From: an uncultured Alphaproteobacteria bacterium
GTDB taxonomy: Bacteria; Pseudomonadota; Alphaproteobacteria; CAAHEQ01; UBA3637
Assembly: GCA_949292205.1 (NCBI GenBank)
Contig: CASEYR010000001.1
Location: forward strand, 155,530-219,529
Reading direction: 5' to 3'
DNA: 64,000 nucleotides
The notes under the pieces are model-generated. The model did not search any database and was not told where the DNA came from. It saw nothing but the letters and a program-made list of their open reading frames with translations. Shown here one piece after another: positions 1-8,859 of the stretch. The first letter of the stretch is position 1. Every line of letters begins with the position of its first letter. A program made the position numbers and the translations under genes.

Positions 1-1
1 A

Positions 2-1453
2 ATGCACCCTGTCAAGTTCTACGAAAAGGGGAGTATCCCGTTGGAGTTTGTTTCCTCTCGTCAATGGTTTATCAATATTTTAGATTATAAAAAAGAGCTG
101 TTGGAATTGGGACGCAAAATTAAGTGGACGCCGGCTCATATGCAATCACGCTATGAAGCTTGGGTTGATGGCTTAAATCAAGATTGGTGTATCTCTCGTC
201 AACGCTTCTTTGGGGTTCCCTTCCCTGTTTGGTACAAAGTTAAAGAAAATGGAGAAATCAATTATGATGCTCCGATTTTTGCCGAACGCTCTCAACTTCC
301 AGTCGACCCGATGACAGATGTCCCAGCCGGATATGCTCCGGAACGACGAGGCGTTCCAGGGGGATTCGTCGGAGATAAAGATGTGATGGATACGTGGGCA
401 ACCAGCTCTGTCACTCCGCAAATTGCTATGGCTCATGCTCCGGAAGGACACCACTTGTCTATGCCCTTCGATATCAGACCGCAGGCTCATGATATTATTC
501 GGACTTGGGCTTTCTATACAATCATGAAGTCTTTTGCTCACACAGGGAAAGAACCTTGGCATGAGGCTCTTATCAGTGGATTCATCTTGGATCCGGATCG
601 TAAGAAAATGAGTAAGTCCAAAGGAAACGTCGTAACACCGATTGACTTATTAATTAAGCACTCTGCCGATGCTGTTCGGTATTGGGCTGCCAGAGCAAAA
701 CTGGGGATTGATACGGCTTTTGAAGAACAAATCATGGAGCAAGGGCGTAAATTGACTATGAAGATTTTTAACGCCAGCAAGTTTGTCTTTATGATCTTGG
801 ATAAGTCCGGTGTTGCTTTTTCTAATGATTATCGCCGCCATATTACGGCTTCGGTGGATAAAGCTTGGGCTGCTCGCCTGGCCGCTGTTGTTGAAACTGC
901 TAATAAATCCTTTGAGGCTAATGACTACGCTTTTGCTTTGGAAATGACGGAAAAATGCTTCTGGGATTTCTGCGATAACTATCTGGAACTGGTTAAAGGG
1001 CGTGCTTATAGCGATCATGCGGACTCAGCCGTTGCAACATTGATGTTGACAATCGATGTTTTAATGCGGTTGTTTGCTCCGTTCCTGTCTTTCACAACAG
1101 AAGAAATTTGGCAGTCTCGTCCTTGGGGGCATGACGAAAAATCCATCCACGTTTCTTCTTTCCCTCAAGTTTCTGAATTAAAAGAAATTGTCGGAGATCA
1201 GGCTGTTTATGATAAGGCCGTTGCTGTTTTGAACTTAATCCGCAAGGAAAAAGCCGAACAAAAACGGTCTTTGAAAACGCCGGTGATTGAATTAACTATC
1301 CAAGGAGATTCAAAAACAATTGATTTGGCAAAAGAGGCTGAAGAAGATATTCTGAATGCCGGTAACGTGAAAGTATCTCCTAATTGGGTATCCGGTGAGA
1401 ATCTGACTCTGGCTACTTGCGTTTTTGGAGAAGACGAAAAGAAACAAAAATAA
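2..1453 (+). CDS. valS: Valyl-tRNA synthetase, C-terminal part (5' end outside window); type 2 (archaeal-like) form
   Basis: DWCISRQRFFGVPFP, DVMDTW, RPQAHDIIRTWAFYT and KMSKSKGN motifs. Confidence 0.95.
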   Translation: MHPVKFYEKGSIPLEFVSSRQWFINILDYKKELLELGRKIKWTPAHMQSRYEAWVDGLNQDWCISRQRFFGVPFPVWYKVKENGEINYDAPIFAERSQLPVDPMTDVPAGYAPERRGVPGGFVGDKDVMDTWATSSVTPQIAMAHAPEGHHLSMPFDIRPQAHDIIRTWAFYTIMKSFAHTGKEPWHEALISGFILDPDRKKMSKSKGNVVTPIDLLIKHSADAVRYWAARAKLGIDTAFEEQIMEQGRKLTMKIFNASKFVFMILDKSGVAFSNDYRRHITASVDKAWAARLAAVVETANKSFEANDYAFALEMTEKCFWDFCDNYLELVKGRAYSDHADSAVATLMLTIDVLMRLFAPFLSFTTEEIWQSRPWGHDEKSIHVSSFPQVSELKEIVGDQAVYDKAVAVLNLIRKEKAEQKRSLKTPVIELTIQGDSKTIDLAKEAEEDILNAGNVKVSPNWVSGENLTLATCVFGEDEKKQK

Positions 1454-1475
1454 ATACATTCTAGTATGTTATGAT

Positions 1476-1512
1476 AACTCTCGGATAAGATTCAACTTGT
1501 CCGAGAGTTTTT
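1476..1512 (+). terminator. Rho-independent terminator after valS
   Basis: AACTCTCGGATAAG...CTTGTCCGAGAGTT stem followed by a T run. Confidence 0.75.
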
Positions 1513-1662
1513 ATGATTCGAACGTAACACTACCTGCGTAAGCAGGTAGATGTAGACATACCAGCCCAGCCGTTAGGCTTGCGAAGCTTTTGGGCTGGGC
1601 GAACGTGGCGAACGTCGTTCGGAACAGATAACACCACTTGCGTTAGCGAGTGGAAGTTTATT
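1509..1662 (+). repeat. Dispersed hairpin-rich intergenic element, copy 1
   Basis: Similar to 19416-19560 (+) and 37552-37648 (-); stems CTACCTGC-GTAA-GCAGGTAG, GCCCAGCC...GGCTGGGC and CCACTTGC-GTTA-GCGAGTGG. Confidence 0.9.
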
Positions 1663-1688
1663 ATATTCAGTAAACTTGCTTTATTTTG

Positions 1689-1886
1689 TTAAGGCATATC
1701 TTTTAGAAAGACAAACCATAAAACAGCAGCTATTCCTAATAAAAATCCACCAAATATTTTTAAATCGGCTATTTTTGCATCAATGATGTTTTGACTAATA
1801 AAATCACGCATTACTTTTGGAAAAAAGAAAAAAGCAACTCCTTTAAAAATAAGCCACAATAACAATGCATATAATAGTGTTTTCAT
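1689..1886 (-). CDS. Small membrane protein, DUF2065/YjeT-like
   Basis: 65 aa from an ATG preceded by GGAG; two hydrophobic helices, LIFKGVAFFFFP. Confidence 0.6.
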   Translation of the reverse strand: MKTLLYALLLWLIFKGVAFFFFPKVMRDFISQNIIDAKIADLKIFGGFLLGIAAVLWFVFLKDMP

Positions 1887-2056
1887 GCTTTTTCTCCTAC
1901 TACGATTGGAATATATCATAGAAATTAAAAAAAATGAATCAAAAAATATCACCTTATGTGGCAATATAACTTTTTACGCTCAATTAAAAACAAGTATTAT
2001 GCAAAAAGAGCTTGACAATTACTCTAAAATTGAATAAAAGAAATACTATCATTTTT

Positions 2057-2131
2057 GCCGCTGTGGCTCAGTGGTAGAGCACACCCTTGGTAAGGGTGGG
2101 GTCGTGAGTCCGATTCTCACCAGCGGCACCA
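2057..2131 (+). tRNA. tRNA-Thr(GGT)
   Basis: Cloverleaf with GCCGCTG/CAGCGGC acceptor stem, CACCC-TTGGTAA-GGGTG anticodon arm and encoded CCA. Confidence 0.95.
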
Positions 2132-2145
2132 TTTTTGATATTTCC
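2126..2145 (+). repeat. 20-bp direct repeat overlapping the tRNA-Thr 3' end (att-like)
   Basis: GCACCATTTTTGATATTTCC, identical at 3360-3379. Confidence 0.8.
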
Positions 2146-2165
2146 GCCAAATAGGCGGATTTTTT
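2143..2165 (+). terminator. Terminator after tRNA-Thr
   Basis: TCCGCC-AAATA-GGCGGA followed by a T run. Confidence 0.7.
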
Positions 2166-2409
2166 ATTTTTATACAAGTAGTTATTGAGTCCCTGAGGAT
2201 TTTAAAATTGGCGATTTTTGATGATTTATCGGACTTTTGAGAAAATATTCTAAAAATTTTGCAAATTTAATTTTTTTCTAATTTACACAACTTATGATAA
2301 TGTATAATTACTTAGAAATCAAAAATCTTTTGATTGGATATTATCCATATCATAAATTGATAAGAGTTTCTCTAACCTACTTAAAGCAGGTATGATACAA
2401 TAAAGCTCT

Positions 2410-3189
2410 TTACAACTCACGGCCTCTAGAAGGGAAAATTTTTATTTCTTTCAATGATTGAATATGTTTTTGAGTAAGTTGTTTTAGAAACGATTTCAAA
2501 CCCTTTTGAGGCGGCATAACAACTTGAAGCATTTCACCGGATTCTTGAGATAACAATTCTTTTCCCAATACTTCTGTCGTTCGAATAGATGAAGAAGAAA
2601 CGTGTTCAGACAACAATTTATTTTGTATTGTTATTTTTGACTCCGGTTTAATTAAAGAACGAGGAATTTGTGTTCCTGATAAAACTTTTGCCTCACAAAT
2701 ACTCCATTTTAATTTTTCCGGTTCTAAAAAACAAAATATATCTTTTTCCTTCAAACAATTAAAACCTGCTTGTTTTAACAAATCTTGATGTGAGCGTGCC
2801 CAAATCGCAAAATCAGGATATCTGTTTTTTGATGTGAGTAAATTGTTTAATTCATCTTTAACATCAGATGAATCCGTTGTATTTTGCAACCGTTTTAAAA
2901 TATCATCGGAAATATTAAGAAGATCCAAGGTCTTTTTCTGTTCATCTTGACTGATAGAGGTCTGATAAAGAATACTGCCAACCAATGAAGTATCTCGAAA
3001 AACAGAATTTTTAGATAAAATGTCCGACATAGAAGCATAAGCATTTATCGCTTTTTCTTTTCGCTTCGTCCAATACATCCCAATACCTAAACGCGAAGAA
3101 CCTCCACCCGGAAGAGTTCTGACATGCGAATAATCAAATCGTTCAAATAATCTTCGAGAACCATGATATAATACTAAATCTTTTTGCAT
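2410..3189 (-). CDS. Orphan protein with an ADP-ribosyltransferase-like N-terminus
   Basis: LYHGS...FD...LGIGMYWT resembles the H-Y type ART pattern; preceded by GGAG. Confidence 0.5.
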   Translation of the reverse strand: MQKDLVLYHGSRRLFERFDYSHVRTLPGGGSSRLGIGMYWTKRKEKAINAYASMSDILSKNSVFRDTSLVGSILYQTSISQDEQKKTLDLLNISDDILKRLQNTTDSSDVKDELNNLLTSKNRYPDFAIWARSHQDLLKQAGFNCLKEKDIFCFLEPEKLKWSICEAKVLSGTQIPRSLIKPESKITIQNKLLSEHVSSSSIRTTEVLGKELLSQESGEMLQVVMPPQKGLKSFLKQLTQKHIQSLKEIKIFPSRGREL

Positions 3190-3359
3190 ATAAAACTCCT
3201 CCGATCAATATATTCAGTATATCACTACAACAAATAAAAAACAAGGCAGTGCAGTAAAAAATAAAAATATATCAATAATCAATTTATATTATCATAAAAA
3301 GAGTCGCCCTAACCTCTTAAAACCTCATAGAGTTTAGTCCGATAATTTCATAATATTGC

Positions 3360-3379
3360 GCACCATTTTTGATATTTCC
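3360..3379 (+). repeat. Second copy of the 20-bp att-like repeat
   Basis: GCACCATTTTTGATATTTCC. Confidence 0.8.
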
Positions 3380-3470
3380 CCTCTTGATTTGTCGAATTGC
3401 TGGTTTTACATATAAGCCGGTTCTTTGATGTGTTTTATTTTTTTTAGATCATTATATACGGGAGATTTAT

Positions 3471-3624
3471 ATGAAAAAATTACTAGTCTTATTATTCTTG
3501 TTGCTGTTTTCTAGTGCTGCTTATGCAAGAAGCGGATGTTGTTCTCATCACGGAGGTGTGTGGCTGCTCTAATGGTCGTCAGGTGTGCTGTGATGGTTCT
3601 TTTAGCCCCTCTTGCAGATGTTAA
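3471..3624 (+). pseudogene. Frameshifted small secreted Cys-rich peptide gene
   Basis: GGAG then MKKLLVLLFLLLFSSAAYARSGCCSHHGGV; the shifted frame continues GCSNGRQVCCDGSFSPSCRC*; the break lies in a (GT)3 run at 3556-3561. Confidence 0.75.
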
Positions 3625-3682
3625 GAGAATCAAAAGAAAATTTTTTGTACTAAGATAGAAATCCTCTCTTTTTTCTATTACT

Positions 3683-3713
3683 AAAATACCCCTCTCATCA
3701 AGGGGTGTTTTTT
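3683..3713 (+). terminator. Terminator
   Basis: AAAATACCCCT...AGGGGTGTTTT stem with T tail. Confidence 0.6.
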
Positions 3714-3839
3714 ATTTAAATCCGTTCGGGAGATTTCTTATTCGTTAAAGATCATTGTTTGATTTATTATTGACAAAAAAAATTGCTGTGATAAACTGAA
3801 ATATAGCAGTTGAAAATTTTGATACAGGAGAAGTATAAA

Positions 3840-4745
3840 ATGGATGAAGCCCTAAAAAATACCTTAAAAGATCTACAAAAACCAACAATGTCTTTGATTT
3901 CCTCTTTTTATCAAATGCCTGCTGATATCAAAGAACTTTTTGTGGATATGTTATCCATTTATGAGGCTAATCCAACCGAGGAAACGGCCAAGTTACTATC
4001 CGATAAGATTATGTCCAGAGATACTCCTGAGGTGAAACAAGAATGGATTAAAACACAAAGCTTAACCGTCTCTCCTGAAAAACGTCAGGCGGCTGAGGAA
4101 AAACACTTGAACCATATGCAGGCTGTTCCTAAAGGTGTTCCTGCTTCCGGTATGGTTATGGTGGGGTTGAATCTTATCAACCGAGATGATAAAAATGCTT
4201 TGATGGATGCTCAAGCTGCTGCCAGAATACTGGGCGCAATTCAAAATCCTAACCAGTTTATTAACCAAGATTATTCAACGAAAGAAGCAACTAAACTGTC
4301 TTCAGAGGATTTTCAAGCCCTATATGGCGACTTACTGATTGCTCCTGCTTTTTTAGATAATAACTTTGCGTCGGAAGCTCAAAGAATGGAAGACCTGGCT
4401 AAACTGTATATTATTCAAAAACATTATCATCAGAAGTCATCTTCAACCGTGGCCGATGTTAATTTAGATCAACTATTTCAGTCTTATGCCGTTGATGTTC
4501 TATCCAATGTTGCTTTGAAAATTTCGGATAAAAGTGTTGCACAAAAAATTTCTGACTTGGCTTCTTCATACGGCAATAAGGAAAAGGTAATGGCTTCAAA
4601 AATCTATAACCATTCTTTCTTTAATCAATCTGTCGTGGAAAATAAAACACCTATCGATAGACGTATCAAACATCGCGTGGAACAGTTAAAAGCAGCAGAA
4701 TGTATCCGATTATCACAACTTCGCGGACATCTGCAAAATCGATAA
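3840..4745 (+). CDS. Hypothetical helical protein
   Basis: Long ORF; AGGAG upstream of ATG 3840; no recognisable motif. Confidence 0.7.
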   Translation: MDEALKNTLKDLQKPTMSLISSFYQMPADIKELFVDMLSIYEANPTEETAKLLSDKIMSRDTPEVKQEWIKTQSLTVSPEKRQAAEEKHLNHMQAVPKGVPASGMVMVGLNLINRDDKNALMDAQAAARILGAIQNPNQFINQDYSTKEATKLSSEDFQALYGDLLIAPAFLDNNFASEAQRMEDLAKLYIIQKHYHQKSSSTVADVNLDQLFQSYAVDVLSNVALKISDKSVAQKISDLASSYGNKEKVMASKIYNHSFFNQSVVENKTPIDRRIKHRVEQLKAAECIRLSQLRGHLQNR

Positions 4746-4769
4746 AAGGATGGGAGTAGATTTAAAAAT

Positions 4770-5369
4770 CTACTTCCCGTATCTTGTGACGTACCAGTTT
4801 ACAAATTTTTGTATACTTCCTTTTGCACCGAGTTTTGAGTAATACTCTTGAACCTCATCTTCGGAAAGTTCACAAAGGTTTTTATTATACTCTTTCAGGT
4901 AGATTATCTTCCACAACTCGGACCAAGCAAATGGAGATTGTATGTCTACCTTCTCCTTGGATATTTCAAATTCATCACCTTCACGTTCAAACTGAAAAAC
5001 CTCTCCGTTAGAATCAACAAAGGTAGTAGAACTAATAAACTTAGCGGATCTATTCTGAATGCCTTGCATTAATCTTAGAATGCCGTCGACTCCGATACTG
5101 GTTATGATATATTTTGTATAGACACCCGGAAAACCATTTAACTCTGCAATAGTCAGACCCCCATCCTCAACTAAAACCGGTTCCCGTAATATTTTATATG
5201 CTTCTAACGCTTTAAACCGAGATACCTCTTGAACCGTATCAAATTGGGGCTCCATAATATTTAGGTTTTGAGAGCAAACCATGACATCATCTAAATGATT
5301 TGCCTTTAAAGAACCTTGCAGTGATTTTACTTTTGCTTGGTTTGATGTTATCATATTGATTTTATTCAT
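4770..5369 (-). CDS. HAM1/RdgB-family non-canonical purine NTP pyrophosphatase
   Basis: ITSNxxK and VLVEDGGL...LNGFPGVYTK motifs. Confidence 0.85.
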   Translation of the reverse strand: MNKINMITSNQAKVKSLQGSLKANHLDDVMVCSQNLNIMEPQFDTVQEVSRFKALEAYKILREPVLVEDGGLTIAELNGFPGVYTKYIITSIGVDGILRLMQGIQNRSAKFISSTTFVDSNGEVFQFEREGDEFEISKEKVDIQSPFAWSELWKIIYLKEYNKNLCELSEDEVQEYYSKLGAKGSIQKFVNWYVTRYGK

Positions 5370-5410
5370 ACAAAAGTTCCTTTCTAGGTAATTATAGCGT
5401 TCTATAAATA

Positions 5411-6835
5411 CTAAATATCATTCAAATCCGGACTTTCTGTAACTAATTTTTGAATCTCTTTTGTTGCTTGCTTGACAGATGCCACAACTCCTGGACCGGC
5501 AATGCAGCCCCCACAACAGGCCATCACTTCAACCAAACATCCTTCGGCTTTGCCTGTTTTGGCATATTGCTTCAGTTGCTTTATTGTATCCCTTGTGAGT
5601 CCATCAATTCGAACCGGACACACCTCGCACGTATGGAGTGATTGAACGGCTCCGGCCACACCGCCTATTAAAGCAAATCCCCTGCCCTGTTTAGATGGTT
5701 TTGATGTTTCAGATTCGACACAATTAGCCGGAGTAACCTTTTTGACATCAAATAACGCTGTCAACTCTTTTGCATTTAAAACAAAATCGACTAAATCATC
5801 ATGCAAACCTTCTTCCCTTTTGGCCATGCAGGGGCCGATAAAAACCGTAATGGCAGATGCATCCCGTTTTTTGACTATCTCTGCCGTATAATGCATCGGA
5901 GTTTTGGTGTTTGAAACAAACGGCTTTAACTCCGGAATATGTTTTTTGACGGCCTCAAAATAAGCGGAACAGCAAGAGGTTGTCATAAAAGAATCGCCTT
6001 TTTTTAAGCGCTCTGCCAATTCATTTGCTTCATTTCGAGTCGTAACATCAGCACCTTCGGCAACCTCAATCACATCGGAAAAGCCAAGCTCTTTAACGGC
6101 AGAAAATAATTGTCCCACCGATACCCCATACTGCCCCAAAATTGACGGCGCTAACATTGCAACAACCTGTTTTCCAGAACGAATGGCCTTTAGAACATCT
6201 ATAATCTGACTGCGTGTTTGAATTGCTCCAAAGGGACATATCTTTGCACACTGACCACATTCAATACATTTTTCAGGATTTATAGTGGCAGTATCCGATT
6301 CGTTCTTAGCTATTGCCTCAACAGGACAAACGCCTATACAAGGGGGCTCTGTTTGGATAATCGCATGATAGGGACACGATTTTGCACAAATACCGCATTT
6401 TTTACACTTATCTCGGTTAATATGCGATTTACCGTTAATAAACTCTATTGCCCCGAAAGGACATGTCGTGCATGGACGTGCCAGACATCCTTGACACATA
6501 TCCGTGACAATATACTGTCTATCCGGACAATGATGACACAGAACTGATGCTACTTTTAAAACAGGCTCTTCCAACTGTGTTCGAGCTAAAGCTTTTTCTG
6601 CAGCCTCTTGCAGGGATAAACCACTATTCACATCTTCACTCAAAACCGCCACAACCCGAGCCGAAATCAGTTGTTTTAAATCACTTACCGATAATCTTGT
6701 CCCAGCCAATGCTTCCGAGGCAAGAGTGTCTGGTATTTTGGAAGTGGAAGACACAAAATTGTCCGAAAAAAAAGCTTGGATTACAGCATATAATGTTTTT
6801 TGTTCTAAATCAATCGTGTAATCCAAGCGTGGCAT
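5411..6835 (-). CDS. Monomeric [FeFe] hydrogenase with N-terminal 4Fe-4S domains (group B-like)
   Basis: H-cluster motifs TSCCSAY, GPCMAKREE and EVMACCGGCIAG; several CxxCxxCxxxCP motifs. Confidence 0.9.
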   Translation of the reverse strand: MPRLDYTIDLEQKTLYAVIQAFFSDNFVSSTSKIPDTLASEALAGTRLSVSDLKQLISARVVAVLSEDVNSGLSLQEAAEKALARTQLEEPVLKVASVLCHHCPDRQYIVTDMCQGCLARPCTTCPFGAIEFINGKSHINRDKCKKCGICAKSCPYHAIIQTEPPCIGVCPVEAIAKNESDTATINPEKCIECGQCAKICPFGAIQTRSQIIDVLKAIRSGKQVVAMLAPSILGQYGVSVGQLFSAVKELGFSDVIEVAEGADVTTRNEANELAERLKKGDSFMTTSCCSAYFEAVKKHIPELKPFVSNTKTPMHYTAEIVKKRDASAITVFIGPCMAKREEGLHDDLVDFVLNAKELTALFDVKKVTPANCVESETSKPSKQGRGFALIGGVAGAVQSLHTCEVCPVRIDGLTRDTIKQLKQYAKTGKAEGCLVEVMACCGGCIAGPGVVASVKQATKEIQKLVTESPDLNDI

Positions 6836-6855
6836 TTCAAACTCCTTTTTGATAA

Positions 6856-8211
6856 TTATTCTGACTTTTTCTTGTTTTCTGCCAGAAACTGTTCCAGCCA
6901 GTGAATGTTATACTGACCATCAATAAATTCCGGATCAGCAATAATCTTTTGATGTAATGGAATTGTTGTCCGGATTCCTTCAATAACAAATTCCTCTAAA
7001 GCTCGACGAAGTCGCATCAAAACACCATTCCGCGTCCGACCATGCACAATCAATTTGGCTACCATACTGTCGTAGTTTGGTGGAACTGTATAACCGGCAT
7101 ACATACCCGAATCAACACGAACATCCAATCCTCCGGGAACATGCCACTGCCCGATTTTTCCAGGCCATGGAACAAATGTTTCCGGATCTTCGGCATTGAT
7201 CCGACATTCCATTGCATACCCGTTAAAGTGGATATCTTCTTGCTTATACCCTAACACGGCTCCGCTGGAGACTCGGATTTGATCACGCACAATATCAACG
7301 CCTGTTACAGCCTCGGTAATCGGATGTTCCACTTGAACACGCGTATTCATTTCCAAGAAATAAAATTGTCCGTTTTCATACAAAAACTCAATTGTGCCGA
7401 CATTGGAATAGCCCAGCTTTTTCATTGCATTGGCGGCAATCTCACCAATTTGCTTACGCTGTTCCGGATTAAGCGCCGGAGATGGAGATTCTTCGAGAAC
7501 CTTTTGGTGATTCCGCTGGAGAGAACAGTCACGCTCTCCCAAATGGACAACGTTTCCGTAGTTATCTCCTAAAATCTGAATTTCAATATGACGTGGTGTT
7601 TGCAAATACTTTTCAATATACACAACATCATTGGCAAAAGAGCTCTTTGCCTCATTCTTTGCCAGCGTAAATGCATCTGCCATTTCAGATGGATTATGGG
7701 CCACTTTCATCCCTTTTCCACCACCGCCGGCAGCTGCTTTGACAATAACGGGATAACCAATCTTTTCGCCCCACATGAGAGCGTCTTCAACCGTTTTAAC
7801 CTCCCCTTCCGATCCCGGAATGACCGGCAATCCGGACTCGATAGCAGCTTTCTTTGCCGTCACTTTATCACCCATCATCCGAATCATCTTGGGGCTGGGA
7901 CCGATAAAAGTAATACCATGAGCTTCAACCATCTCGGCAAATTCAGCGTTCTCTGATAGAAATCCATACCCCGGATGGATTGCATCAGCACCCGTCATAA
8001 TGGCTGCCGAAATAATAGCTGCTTTATTCAAATAGGAATCTTTAGCCGGTGCAGGACCAATACAAACAGCCTCATCAGCCAATTTGACATGCATGGCATT
8101 TGCATCAACCGTTGAATGAACGGCAACCGTCTTAATTCCCATTTCTCGGCAGGCCCGATGAATCCGAAGGGCGATTTCTCCACGATTGGCTATTAAAACT
8201 TTTTCAAACAT
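6856..8211 (-). CDS. accC: Acetyl-CoA carboxylase, biotin carboxylase subunit
   Basis: ANRGEIA, HPGYGFLSEN, RDCSLQR and EMNTRVQVEH motifs. Confidence 0.97.
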   Translation of the reverse strand: MFEKVLIANRGEIALRIHRACREMGIKTVAVHSTVDANAMHVKLADEAVCIGPAPAKDSYLNKAAIISAAIMTGADAIHPGYGFLSENAEFAEMVEAHGITFIGPSPKMIRMMGDKVTAKKAAIESGLPVIPGSEGEVKTVEDALMWGEKIGYPVIVKAAAGGGGKGMKVAHNPSEMADAFTLAKNEAKSSFANDVVYIEKYLQTPRHIEIQILGDNYGNVVHLGERDCSLQRNHQKVLEESPSPALNPEQRKQIGEIAANAMKKLGYSNVGTIEFLYENGQFYFLEMNTRVQVEHPITEAVTGVDIVRDQIRVSSGAVLGYKQEDIHFNGYAMECRINAEDPETFVPWPGKIGQWHVPGGLDVRVDSGMYAGYTVPPNYDSMVAKLIVHGRTRNGVLMRLRRALEEFVIEGIRTTIPLHQKIIADPEFIDGQYNIHWLEQFLAENKKKSE

Positions 8212-8213
8212 GA

Positions 8214-8657
8214 TTAGCCTACATTAAACAACGGTTGGTTATATTCAACAGGGCTACCGGATTCAACCAGAATCTCGGTAATCGTTCCTGCCTTTGTTGA
8301 CTTAATCGGGTTAAATGTTTTCATAGCCTCAACCAAACAAACCGTTTGTCCAACAGAAACTTTGTCACCCACTTTTATAAATGCCGGAGAGTTGGGATCT
8401 TTAGATAAATAGACAACACCAACCATCGGTGAAACAATATAGTTTTCAGGCTTTTTCTGCTCGGCCGGAGCTGCAACAGGAGCGGCTGCCGGTGGAGGAA
8501 CGGGAGCCGGTGGCGGTGGAACCATCACTTCATGAGCCGAACGCGGTCCAACAACACGCAGATATACACCGTTTGCTTCATATTCAATCTCGGATAACCC
8601 GTTATCATGCAACAAAGTTGCTAATTCTTTAATTGCTTGTTTTTGTTCGTTTTCCAT
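8214..8657 (-). CDS. accB: Biotin carboxyl carrier protein
   Basis: EAMKT biotinylation motif; Pro/Ala-rich linker. Confidence 0.95.
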   Translation of the reverse strand: MENEQKQAIKELATLLHDNGLSEIEYEANGVYLRVVGPRSAHEVMVPPPPAPVPPPAAAPVAAPAEQKKPENYIVSPMVGVVYLSKDPNSPAFIKVGDKVSVGQTVCLVEAMKTFNPIKSTKAGTITEILVESGSPVEYNQPLFNVG

Positions 8658-8859
8658 AATTCACCTCTTAAAAAATAAAATCTAGGAATTGTTTTACCTT
8701 AAATTCTTATAAAATGCAAGTCTTAAAAAAAGAAACTTTTGTGACGAGAATTGAGTAGCCCCCATCTCTCTTTTTTTTGATGTTGTGATGAAAAACGCTT
8801 GAAATGGGGGGGTAAGTATGCTAGGCTCGGTCATTATTAACAATGTTATGGGAAAGAAA

